A DNA stretch of 64,000 nt from the IMG/VR virus record IMGVR_UViG_3300031951_000001, positions 258,373 through 322,372 of that record. The stretch is one strand, 5' to 3'. The translations under genes and the position numbers were made by a program. Below the pieces are notes generated by a model. That model searched no databases. It worked only from the letters and a program-made list of their open reading frames with translations, and was not told where the DNA came from. Below, piece by piece: positions 48,055 to 56,448 of this stretch (position 1 is the first letter of the stretch; each line of letters begins with the position of its first letter).

Positions 48055-49467
48055 ATGAGACAAAAACTTAACGAAACCTATATTAATAGTTTGGTTGAAA
48101 AAATTATCAACGAAACTATCCATGAAAAGGCTGAACAAATCGAAAATATGTTGATGGGTAAGGAGACTGAAGAAGGTAATGCCTTTACAGCAGCTCTCGC
48201 TAAAACTAAAAAAGGAGAAAAATTTAAGGTAGGTGATAATACATTTACCGATACTTCGGATTATAATGAAGGTGAATTGGGTGAGGGTGAAAGTGTTTGT
48301 GAACAATGTGGTGCTAAAGGTCCTATCATGGAAGGAAACATGTGTGAACAGTGTTCAATGAAAGAAGGTGTTTACGAGGAAGAAGATATGGATGTAATGG
48401 ATATGGAAGATGATGAGGATGAACAAAACAAAGAGTTTTGTCAATATCAAAAAAGTAAAATCGATAGTGAAGACGATGAAGATGTTAGAAATGATATGGT
48501 TCAGAGATATGAAGAAAAATGCTCTAGCATGGAAAAGAGCATGAAAGACTTAGCTCGCAGACCAATTAACATGAATGAAAAATTAGTAGGAGGACAAAAA
48601 AGGTTAGATAAAAACAATAATGGAAGACTTGACTCTGAAGATTTTAAAATGTTGAGAAAAAGTAAAAAAAGTGGTGGCGAAACTAAGGAAATTTGGGGAG
48701 CTTTGGCAGGTGCTGCTGAAGCGGCTTTACCTTATGTGGCTCCGGCGGCAACTGATTGGGCTTTAGACAAAATGTTTGGTGAAAATGTCGAGAAAAAAAA
48801 TACAATAACAATGACCGAAGGAGAACTAATTAACTTCATTGAAAAAATTATCAAAGAAGAAAAATTGAAAGCAACTACTAAACATAAAGGATTAGCGACT
48901 TATGAAAAAGCTCACAAAGGTTCAGGTAAAGAGAACGAAGATTATCTAAAGAGTGTCACTAAAAAAATGAAAGACTATTTAAAAGATGGTTCTAAAGGGG
49001 ATTATGAAACTGAACCTGACTTTTTCCCAAAAGGAAATGGTGAATTGGGTGATATGAAAAAGAAGGCTTATATACCTTCAGACGCGGTTCAAGACTATGT
49101 AGATAATCTTACTGCCGCTGGTCAAGAAAACCTTGATTATGATGAAATACATCCTAATGAAGATTGGGTAAGTGATAACATTGAGGGGTCATCAAGAACA
49201 GGTAATAATCCTGAATGGGCAAATACTGGTAAATCTGATGTTAATAAAAAGAGAAACGAGATACGTGAGAAGAATATGTTGGCAAAGATTAAGAGAAAGG
49301 CTTACAATAAAGCACCACAACCTGTTGTTACCGATGAGACTGGCGATACAGGTACTGGTAAGTTAATGATGAAGCTAGAATCTGAAAACGAGAAGACAAC
49401 TCAAAAATTGAATGAAGAATTTGATAGAATGAAACAACTTCTCGGTTACAGTCAAAAAACACAATAA
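48055..49467 (+). CDS. Acidic, probably head-internal protein with an EF-hand-like loop and CxxC pairs
   Basis: 470 aa; 'LDKNNNGRLDSEDF', CEQC x2; leader-like motifs at the N-terminus, internally and at the C-terminus. Confidence 0.55.
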   Translation: MRQKLNETYINSLVEKIINETIHEKAEQIENMLMGKETEEGNAFTAALAKTKKGEKFKVGDNTFTDTSDYNEGELGEGESVCEQCGAKGPIMEGNMCEQCSMKEGVYEEEDMDVMDMEDDEDEQNKEFCQYQKSKIDSEDDEDVRNDMVQRYEEKCSSMEKSMKDLARRPINMNEKLVGGQKRLDKNNNGRLDSEDFKMLRKSKKSGGETKEIWGALAGAAEAALPYVAPAATDWALDKMFGENVEKKNTITMTEGELINFIEKIIKEEKLKATTKHKGLATYEKAHKGSGKENEDYLKSVTKKMKDYLKDGSKGDYETEPDFFPKGNGELGDMKKKAYIPSDAVQDYVDNLTAAGQENLDYDEIHPNEDWVSDNIEGSSRTGNNPEWANTGKSDVNKKRNEIREKNMLAKIKRKAYNKAPQPVVTDETGDTGTGKLMMKLESENEKTTQKLNEEFDRMKQLLGYSQKTQ

Positions 49468-49513
49468 TATACAATTAAATATTATTTCTTATTATTTCTC
49501 CATAAGGTTTCTT

Positions 49514-49981
49514 ATGGAGAATTTTTTTAATTATGTGACCAAACCGATAAGTCCTGAGGATGTTGATGTATGGTTCAGAAGTAATAATATGATTGTAGAA
49601 AAAATTGAATTGTATCACGATTTTACTCGTTCTTTATATGATTTGATGATGGACACCTATTTTGGTCATGACAGTAAAAGTAATGAAACCAAAATAACCA
49701 TGTCAGATGAGGACAATGAGAAACATTTTAACTGGTGTTGGAGTAAAGTGATTAATAACTTCGAAAAAGAGAGTATTGTATTTGAAGAAACTGGAGAACA
49801 CTATGACTACTTCAAGTCATTTTTCGATGAGATATTTTATGAACAAAAAGAAAGTATAATTAGAGAGTCTGTTGGGGATTTTTTCACAGAATTATTTGAC
49901 ATCAACAAAGGGTTTACAAAGTCAGATTTAGACATGGTTACATCAATATATAGGGCGTTAGAAAAAAATATTAAAATATAA
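49514..49981 (+). CDS. Hypothetical protein
   Basis: 155 aa ORF. Confidence 0.65.
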   Translation: MENFFNYVTKPISPEDVDVWFRSNNMIVEKIELYHDFTRSLYDLMMDTYFGHDSKSNETKITMSDEDNEKHFNWCWSKVINNFEKESIVFEETGEHYDYFKSFFDEIFYEQKESIIRESVGDFFTELFDINKGFTKSDLDMVTSIYRALEKNIKI

Positions 49982-50056
49982 AAAATCCTTTTTTTATTTA
50001 CATCTAGCACAAAAAAATTAATTTTACTCTATAATAAATCATTAAAAATTGTAACG

Positions 50057-50239
50057 ATGGATACACTAGAACAAATCAAGTCCCTCACAGAAGAATTGTC
50101 TGTTGATGCGACTAAATTTTTCAAGGGTAATAAGAGTGCCGGTACTAGAGCTAGAAAGTCAGCTCAAGAATTGAAAGCTCTTTTACAAACTTTGAGAAAC
50201 GAAATTTTGGACGAAAGAAAAAAAACTGAGGATGCTTAA
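50057..50239 (+). CDS. Histone H1-like (Hc1 family) nucleoid protein
   Basis: 'DATKFFKGNKSAGTRARKSAQELK' matches the Hc1 family pattern GNKxAGTRxRK. Confidence 0.8.
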   Translation: MDTLEQIKSLTEELSVDATKFFKGNKSAGTRARKSAQELKALLQTLRNEILDERKKTEDA

Positions 50240-50420
50240 TTTTGAATCTTTATTTTTATTTTGTTTTATATTTTCAGTTTTAAATGTTCTACGAACATGT
50301 TTTAGGTTAATAAGTGCCCTGCTACAGGCAAACCCACAACAGTTTGTTCTCGGTAGTAGGGAGCTTATTATCCTCGGTATCAGTATTTCATATGCCTTAA
50401 CATACATAATAAAGGGTTAA
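50232..50420 (+). CDS. Small two-TM membrane protein
   Basis: 62 aa; two hydrophobic stretches. Confidence 0.55.
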   Translation: MLNFESLFLFCFIFSVLNVLRTCFRLISALLQANPQQFVLGSRELIILGISISYALTYIIKG

Positions 50421-50422
50421 TC

Positions 50423-50854
50423 ATGAGTTTATATAAAGAATTTTCAACATTATTTCCATATCTTCAGTCAGTTAGAAAACTACAAAACTTTTTAAGTTTT
50501 GATGTGATGTTTTCTACAACATGGAAATTACCAAAAAAATATGTGGACGAAGAAAAAGTCATGGAACAAGAGTCCAAGACTGCTAATATGAGATTGTTTT
50601 CTTTTGTTTCAGAAATTGACGAACAATCAATTGAAAAAGTATCAACAAACATTCAGAGTATAATAAATTATAATTTAGAGAGAGAAGAGAAAGACCAACT
50701 TTTTCAAGAAAAAGTAAATGAGCTTAAAACATTATTTGAAAAACAATCTCTAAAGAATTTAAAGCAACTCAAATTTGAGTTCAAACAAACTAAAATAGAA
50801 TTGGAGGATAATGTAGATGAAATCCGAGAAAGCGCTAAATTGGTTTCAGAGTGA
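50423..50854 (+). CDS. Hypothetical protein
   Basis: 143 aa ORF in the operon. Confidence 0.65.
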   Translation: MSLYKEFSTLFPYLQSVRKLQNFLSFDVMFSTTWKLPKKYVDEEKVMEQESKTANMRLFSFVSEIDEQSIEKVSTNIQSIINYNLEREEKDQLFQEKVNELKTLFEKQSLKNLKQLKFEFKQTKIELEDNVDEIRESAKLVSE

Positions 50855-50999
50855 AGTTGAAAAAGATAAAGTTGATTTAGAAAGAGAAAAATTAAACTTT
50901 ATCAATTCAATTAAAACAAAAAATAAAGAAGAAATTATACCACAACCACCCAAAAAACTTAATCTATGGCAGAGAATAATGAAGGTGTTAATAGGATGA
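50817..50999 (+). CDS. Hypothetical protein
   Basis: 60 aa; C-term 'LNLWQRIMKVLIG' amphipathic helix. Confidence 0.55.
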   Translation: MKSEKALNWFQSEVEKDKVDLEREKLNFINSIKTKNKEEIIPQPPKKLNLWQRIMKVLIG

Positions 51000-51217
51000 T
51001 GGAGAAGTTCGCTTTACTTGCGGACGCCATGGAAAATATATATCCCCAAGGTAGAGGAGTTGTGGTGTTTGAGTTGAATGAAGATGATTTCAATCTAACT
51101 CAAAAAGAAATGCTAATACCTACGAATGTAAGTTCCCAATTCAAAGTTGATATTTCAGGGACTGAATTCATTTTTTTGAAACGTGAGTTGTTGAATGACG
51201 AAACAGATACGATTTAG
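50966..51217 (+). CDS. Hypothetical protein
   Basis: 83 aa ORF. Confidence 0.55.
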   Translation: MAENNEGVNRMMEKFALLADAMENIYPQGRGVVVFELNEDDFNLTQKEMLIPTNVSSQFKVDISGTEFIFLKRELLNDETDTI

Positions 51218-51824
51218 GGAAACCTTTTTCTTCTAATATCTTATATAGATATTTTCTTTGTATAGTTGAATGGTCTTTGACAAAAATAGTATCGTTTCTT
51301 TTTTCTAATAGAAAGTGATTGTAAAGAGAGTCTATAAACCTAGATGAATCTTCAATAGTCTTTAGAGTAAATAACTTATAATCGTCATCATTTTGTATCA
51401 CAATTTTATTATTTATTGATGACACCATAGACATACGGTTCTTTGGTAAATAAGTTGAGATAAGTTGTTCTAACGATATCTTCTCACCTGTGGAGTAATC
51501 TAAAACTTTATCAGGTATTTTGTAGTTATCTATTTTGATAATCTCGTATTTGTCATCTTCAAGAGTGACTTTACTCTGTCTCCCAAATTCGTCTTTTGTG
51601 TATAATGGAATTTGTTTATTATCATTTAGTTTTATTATTGCCAGTTCGTAATTACATGGCGACCCATTCTCAAAAGATTTCTCAAAAATAACCTTATTAC
51701 TTTCTTTAATCATAGTTTCAAACACAGAAACAGTTTTTTTGTGGGTCTGAAACTTGTTGATTATTTTCTTTTTTACTTTATTTTTGAAAAGAACAATCTG
51801 ATAATTAAAATTGGTTTTTTCCAT
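51168..51824 (-). CDS. Hypothetical protein
   Basis: 218 aa ORF divergent from dnaJ. Confidence 0.65.
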   Translation of the reverse strand: MEKTNFNYQIVLFKNKVKKKIINKFQTHKKTVSVFETMIKESNKVIFEKSFENGSPCNYELAIIKLNDNKQIPLYTKDEFGRQSKVTLEDDKYEIIKIDNYKIPDKVLDYSTGEKISLEQLISTYLPKNRMSMVSSINNKIVIQNDDDYKLFTLKTIEDSSRFIDSLYNHFLLEKRNDTIFVKDHSTIQRKYLYKILEEKGFPKSYLFRHSTTHVSKK

Positions 51825-51849
51825 AACAAAAATATAATAGAATAAAAAA

Positions 51850-52773
51850 ATGAGTGTAGAAAGTTTTTACGATATTTTGGGTGTAACTGAAACCGCAACA
51901 CAAGATGAGATTAAAAAGGCTTATAAGAAGAAAGCAGTTGAGCATCATCCTGATAAAGGTGGGAATGAAGACGTGTTCAAAAAAGTTTCCGAGGCGTATG
52001 ATACATTAGGAGATGAAGGGAAACGTAGAAACTACGATAGTCAAAAGAATAATCCATTTGGTCAAACAGGATTTAATCCGTTTGATGACTTCTTTAATGG
52101 CGCTTTTGGACAACAGTTTAATCAAAGACGAGCTGTCCCCGATAAGATTATAGACGTTACAATCGGGGCAATAGAATCTTTTCTTTCAAGGGATAAGTCA
52201 ATTACATATTCTAGACGTACAGAATGTCCTACTTGTCATGGACAAGGTGGTGATAGAATTAACTGTAATCAATGTGCTGGACAAGGATTTACAACCACAA
52301 GGGTTGGTAATGGAATGTTTATTCAAATGGTTAGACAAACTTGTGGTAGTTGCCAAGGACAAGGATTCACATATAGGACCAGATGTGGAGGATGTAATGG
52401 TGAATGTACAATAGCTTCATTAGAAACAATCAATGTAAAACTACCTCACGGGGTCGATGACGGACAGTTCTTCAAATTACAAGGAAGTGGTGATTATATC
52501 AATGGTATGTATGGAAATCTTGTAATGAGAGTTAGAATTGTTGCTGAAAATAACTTTGAAAAGGCTGGTAATGATTTGGTGTATAATGCGTTTTTTAATT
52601 TAGAAGAATTACAAAAAGATTCATTCAACATACCTCACCCTGATGGTAATATAGAAATAAAGGTTCCTACAGAATTTGATACGTCAAAACCCCTTCGAGT
52701 TAAATCGAAAGGGTTTAATACTAACGGAGTTGGGGATTTGTTTATTAAACTTTTTGTTAAGTTTAAAAAATAG
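51850..52773 (+). CDS. dnaJ: DnaJ chaperone (J domain, zinc finger, C-terminal domain)
   Basis: 'FYDILGV', 'HHPDKGG', four CxxCxGxG-type repeats. Confidence 0.92.
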   Translation: MSVESFYDILGVTETATQDEIKKAYKKKAVEHHPDKGGNEDVFKKVSEAYDTLGDEGKRRNYDSQKNNPFGQTGFNPFDDFFNGAFGQQFNQRRAVPDKIIDVTIGAIESFLSRDKSITYSRRTECPTCHGQGGDRINCNQCAGQGFTTTRVGNGMFIQMVRQTCGSCQGQGFTYRTRCGGCNGECTIASLETINVKLPHGVDDGQFFKLQGSGDYINGMYGNLVMRVRIVAENNFEKAGNDLVYNAFFNLEELQKDSFNIPHPDGNIEIKVPTEFDTSKPLRVKSKGFNTNGVGDLFIKLFVKFKK

Positions 52774-52927
52774 AGATAATGTCCTTCACTAATGATACCA
52801 TTCCGTAGAATGCGAAGAATATTATTGACACGGCAATAATTGCCCCAACTTTTTCCTTTTTTGAAAACTCAAATTCTGGAAATTTTTTCTTACCACAACT
52901 TGAACAACCTTTTTTCTTTTCTTCCAT
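52763..52927 (-). CDS. Small CxxC + TM protein (not in the ORF track)
   Basis: 54 aa MEEKKKGCSSCGKKK...GAIIAVSIFFAFYGMVSLVKDIISIF*; TATTTAT upstream on the minus strand (52946-52952). Confidence 0.6.
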   Translation of the reverse strand: MEEKKKGCSSCGKKKFPEFEFSKKEKVGAIIAVSIIFFAFYGMVSLVKDIISIF

Positions 52928-52977
52928 ATTATTTTTTTAGTAATAATAAATAAAGGAATAAATTTTTCAATTCAAAA

Positions 52978-53009
52978 TTTGCTTTTTTAAGGTTTATTGA
53001 TTATGTTTG
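52978..53009 (+). promoter_or_regulatory. Bacteroidota-type promoter TTTG-N20-TATGTTTG
   Basis: TTTG 52978-52981 and TATGTTTG 53002-53009, directly upstream of the methylase. Confidence 0.65.
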
Positions 53010-53013
53010 TACC

Positions 53014-53853
53014 ATGTTAAGCTATATAGGAGGTAAATCAAAGATAGGTAAATGGATAGTTCCATATTACCCAAAGGACATGGAAACATATGTTGAAACA
53101 TTCGGAGGAATGTTTTGGTGTTTCTTTAATATGGATTTGAAACAATACCCAAATCTCAAACGGGTTGTTTACAATGACTTCAATCCACTAAATTACAATT
53201 TGTTCATGTGTCTTCAACAACCTGAATTATTATTGTCTGCGGTAAATTCAATACCGTGCCAGCAACAAGGAGTTGAAGTTACACCGGCAATATATAAAGA
53301 ACAGTTTAACGAGTTTCAACAAGAAATATTTGGGGATGGTTTTACAATCAACTATCCTGACTATGATGTCGCGGCAAAATACTCATACGTTCTTACACAA
53401 GTGTTCAGTGGTTCTAAACCTGAAACAAGTTCGTTTATTGATTTAAAGGGTAAGTACAAATCAAAGTATCTTACGTTCAGAGACAAGTTATCTAAACCTG
53501 ATTGGGTAGAACATTTTAACAGGATAAGTCATTTTAGATTGGGTGACTTTGAGAATGTTATTAAGGAGTTTGATAGCTCTACAACTTATTTTTATCTTGA
53601 CCCACCGTATTGGAAAACCGAAAATTACTACTCAAACCATGACTTTGACCGTGATGACCATGAGAGACTGGCAAATGTGTTGAAAACTATTGAAGGAAAG
53701 TTTTCGTTATCTTACTATGATTTCGTACTTTTGTCGGAGTGGTTTCCCCAAGACCAATATAGATGGGAAAAGAAGGAATTTGCTAAGGCCGCCGCAGCAA
53801 AGAAAGGACAATCCCAAAATATGGGTGAGGAGTTGCTAATTATGAATTATTGA
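53014..53853 (+). CDS. Dam-family (D12 class) DNA N6-adenine methyltransferase
   Basis: 'SYIGGKS', 'YVETFGG', 'VYNDFN', 'YLDPPY'. Confidence 0.88.
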   Translation: MLSYIGGKSKIGKWIVPYYPKDMETYVETFGGMFWCFFNMDLKQYPNLKRVVYNDFNPLNYNLFMCLQQPELLLSAVNSIPCQQQGVEVTPAIYKEQFNEFQQEIFGDGFTINYPDYDVAAKYSYVLTQVFSGSKPETSSFIDLKGKYKSKYLTFRDKLSKPDWVEHFNRISHFRLGDFENVIKEFDSSTTYFYLDPPYWKTENYYSNHDFDRDDHERLANVLKTIEGKFSLSYYDFVLLSEWFPQDQYRWEKKEFAKAAAAKKGQSQNMGEELLIMNY

Positions 53854-53855
53854 TA

Positions 53856-53863
53856 TATTTATA
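53856..53863 (+). promoter_or_regulatory. TATTTATA putative late-promoter motif
   Basis: Intergenic, 14 nt before ATG 53878. Confidence 0.55.
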
Positions 53864-53877
53864 ATAAAAAAATAGAC

Positions 53878-55242
53878 ATGAAGTTTACATCACTTTTAAC
53901 AAATTTGATTTTGGAAAATTCAAGATTCCAAGTTCTTTACGACAAGATGGTTAAACCTGCTAAGGGTCAAGAAGGAGACGCCAGAAAACCTAAAGGTTTG
54001 ATGGACTTTGAAACTTTGAAGCAAATAATTTTTGCTGACCCAACAACCAAAGCACCACAAGGTATGACACCTGAAACTGCAAGTGTTGAGGACATGGAAA
54101 AAGTTAAAGTTGGTAAGTATAGTCAATGGCTGTTGAAGAATTTTGTAATGCCAACTTTTAATGATGAAAGGACAAATATCGAAAAGGGTACTGCTGAATA
54201 CAAAAGAGCGATGGATGAGTATCAAAGATTGTTTATTGAGGACTTGTTTAAAGTTACGGAGGACCTTAAAAAATATGAAAGGTTTAAAAACCAATTCCCT
54301 CAAGACAAGAGAGATATCAACAAATTAACAGTTGATGATGTTTTTGAATTGACTAAAGATTTGAGTCTTGAGAAGACTAAAGCTACAAAATCTGAAAAAG
54401 AAAAGGCAAAAACAACCTATGAACACCCTGGCGCAGAAATCATGTTTAGAGGCCCAAATTGGACTTTAGTTAAAATTGAAGACCAAGGTACTCTCGGTTC
54501 AGACGCCGCTTCATTCTATGGTGGTTATTATCTTTATAATGAAGGAGAGTCAAGATGGTGTACGTCTCCACATAATTCAAATTATTTCAGAACATATATT
54601 AAGGATGGTCCTTTGTATGTTGTATTACCTAATGATGATGGAGGTAGTGTTGGGCAAAAGACAGGTCTTCCACAAGAAAGATATCAGTTCCACTTCCCTT
54701 CAGGACAGTTTATGGATAGAGAAGACCGCCAGATTAATTTGGTTGAATATCTCAACGGTAAAATGTCTGAACTCAAAGAATACTTCAAACCTGAATTTGC
54801 TAAAGGATTGGTAAGTAAAGGTGGTGATAAGGTTGAAATTAACTATCCTGATAGCTCTGCCGGTAAATTCATTGCGTTATATGGTTTTGAAGATTTGTTT
54901 GAGACATTACCTGAAACAATTGAGAAACTTCTTATTACTAATAAATCTAAAGAACAAATTGCTTTGGATGTACCGGAATCATTGGGTAGATTCACTAATC
55001 TTGATGGTTTGTTACTTAACAATATTATTAGGTCTTTACCGGAATCGATAAGTAATCTTCAAAAACTTAAATTCTTGTCTTTGAATAATAACAAAAATCT
55101 TGAGTCATTACCGGAAGGTATGGCGGATTTACCAAAATTGGCATTTGTTAATTTGGTTGGTTCTAATCCTAATGTTCAGATACCTGATAGATTGAAAGAA
55201 AAGATGAGTGAAGAAATGCCAGGTTTTTGGCATGTTGATTAA
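53878..55242 (+). CDS. Protein with a 'WCTS' domain and C-terminal leucine-rich repeats
   Basis: 'SRWCTS', 'RYQFHF'; LRR units 'LPESISNLQKLKFLSLNNN', 'LPEGMADLPKLAFVNL'. Confidence 0.7.
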   Translation: MKFTSLLTNLILENSRFQVLYDKMVKPAKGQEGDARKPKGLMDFETLKQIIFADPTTKAPQGMTPETASVEDMEKVKVGKYSQWLLKNFVMPTFNDERTNIEKGTAEYKRAMDEYQRLFIEDLFKVTEDLKKYERFKNQFPQDKRDINKLTVDDVFELTKDLSLEKTKATKSEKEKAKTTYEHPGAEIMFRGPNWTLVKIEDQGTLGSDAASFYGGYYLYNEGESRWCTSPHNSNYFRTYIKDGPLYVVLPNDDGGSVGQKTGLPQERYQFHFPSGQFMDREDRQINLVEYLNGKMSELKEYFKPEFAKGLVSKGGDKVEINYPDSSAGKFIALYGFEDLFETLPETIEKLLITNKSKEQIALDVPESLGRFTNLDGLLLNNIIRSLPESISNLQKLKFLSLNNNKNLESLPEGMADLPKLAFVNLVGSNPNVQIPDRLKEKMSEEMPGFWHVD

Positions 55243-55248
55243 AAATTT

Positions 55249-55279
55249 TTTGGCGGTTTGATTTGTTTTTCTATATTTG
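55249..55279 (+). promoter_or_regulatory. Bacteroidota-type promoter TTTG-N19-TATATTTG
   Basis: TTTG 55249-55252 and TATATTTG 55272-55279. Confidence 0.7.
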
Positions 55280-55291
55280 TAAAAAAAAATT

Positions 55292-55585
55292 ATGATGAAA
55301 AACGTCGATGTGGAAATTTATGTTAATCAGATGATTTCTTTTTTTGAAAAGAATCCGAATGACCTATCTAATTTGATTGGAGAATCGTTGAAAGATAGGT
55401 TTTTTGACAAAATCCGAATCAAGTGCTATGAAAACTTGGAAACAGGCGATGAAATTTCTTTAACACAAAAACAACTTATTGACATTGTTGTCGAACTTAA
55501 AACGGAAGAAATCTCTTCGGGGTCTTCCGTGGTTATTCACGATGTCTTCGAACAAAACAAAGTTGGTATCTTTTGTTTAAATTAA
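55292..55585 (+). CDS. Hypothetical protein
   Basis: 97 aa ORF downstream of the promoter. Confidence 0.65.
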   Translation: MMKNVDVEIYVNQMISFFEKNPNDLSNLIGESLKDRFFDKIRIKCYENLETGDEISLTQKQLIDIVVELKTEEISSGSSVVIHDVFEQNKVGIFCLN

Positions 55586-55617
55586 TTTGGCAGGACAGGA
55601 TTTCCGATGTATATTTG
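55586..55617 (+). promoter_or_regulatory. Bacteroidota-type promoter TTTG-N20-TATATTTG
   Basis: TTTG 55586-55589 and TATATTTG 55610-55617; implies the CDS starts at 55644. Confidence 0.7.
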
Positions 55618-55643
55618 TACCACAATTAAAAACAATAAACCCC

Positions 55644-56393
55644 ATGATGACAATCCAAGAACTTCAATCAGCTACCCCATCAGTATTCAACACTCAAAAG
55701 TCAAGTAAACTTTCAGACCGTTACGTGGTTGTACCAACCATTGAGGTTATCAACAACTTCATTGACGCAGGTTGGCAAGTCGCAAGTGCCAAACAAGTAG
55801 GTCAAGGAATGTTCGCTAAACATTCTGTTCGTCTTCGTAACTCGGACCTTCCTAAAGTAGGTGACTCACTAGTTGAGGCAATCATCACCAACTCTCACGA
55901 TGGACGTACCAAACTCCAAGTTGGGGCAGGTCTATACCGACTTGTATGTTCAAACGGACTTGTAGTCCCAATGCAAGAATTGGTTAACATTAACCAACGT
56001 CATATGAACATTCAGATGGATGAGGTTTACCAAATCACAGAGAAGTTTCTTGAGATTAGTCCTGTGATTGAGCGTTCAGTAAATCGTATGATGGAGAAGG
56101 AAATGTCAATGGATGAAAAGATTGACTTCACAACCAAAGCTATCGGAGTACGTTGGAAGAACACAGAGGACATCTCAACACTGACTCTCGAGTCAATTGT
56201 TAATCCACTCCGTGTTGATGACTTCGAAAGCACTTTGTGGAATACCTTCAATGTAGTCCAAGAGAAGTTGATTCGTGGGGGATTTGTTAAAGAGCAAGGT
56301 CGCAACAAGCGTACAGTGAAACCAATCACTTCACTGAACATGGACACCATGATTAACCAAAAGTTGTGGGAACTTGCCGAAACATTCATCTAA
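55644..56393 (+). CDS. DUF932 (DUF945)-family protein
   Basis: 'SDRYVVVPT', 'KHSVRLR', 'NSHDG', 'GLYRLVCSNGLV', 'LWNTFNVVQEKLIRGG', 'NQKLWELAE'. Confidence 0.85.
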   Translation: MMTIQELQSATPSVFNTQKSSKLSDRYVVVPTIEVINNFIDAGWQVASAKQVGQGMFAKHSVRLRNSDLPKVGDSLVEAIITNSHDGRTKLQVGAGLYRLVCSNGLVVPMQELVNINQRHMNIQMDEVYQITEKFLEISPVIERSVNRMMEKEMSMDEKIDFTTKAIGVRWKNTEDISTLTLESIVNPLRVDDFESTLWNTFNVVQEKLIRGGFVKEQGRNKRTVKPITSLNMDTMINQKLWELAETFI

Positions 56394-56428
56394 TCAAAAT
56401 GGGGGAGGAAACTCCCCCATTTTGATTA
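56391..56428. terminator. Bidirectional rho-independent terminator between convergent genes
   Basis: taatcaaaatgggggag-gaaa-ctcccccattttgatta, a perfect 17 bp inverted repeat. Confidence 0.9.
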
Positions 56429-56448
56429 TTTGGAATATTGAATTATTT

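Noticed and set aside
55587-55643. Upstream extensions of ORF-track starts (55587, and likewise 42414, 57589, 63179, 63456, 15758)
   Set aside because: They overlap predicted promoters or neighbouring genes or use weak starts; downstream ATGs with A-rich leaders fit better
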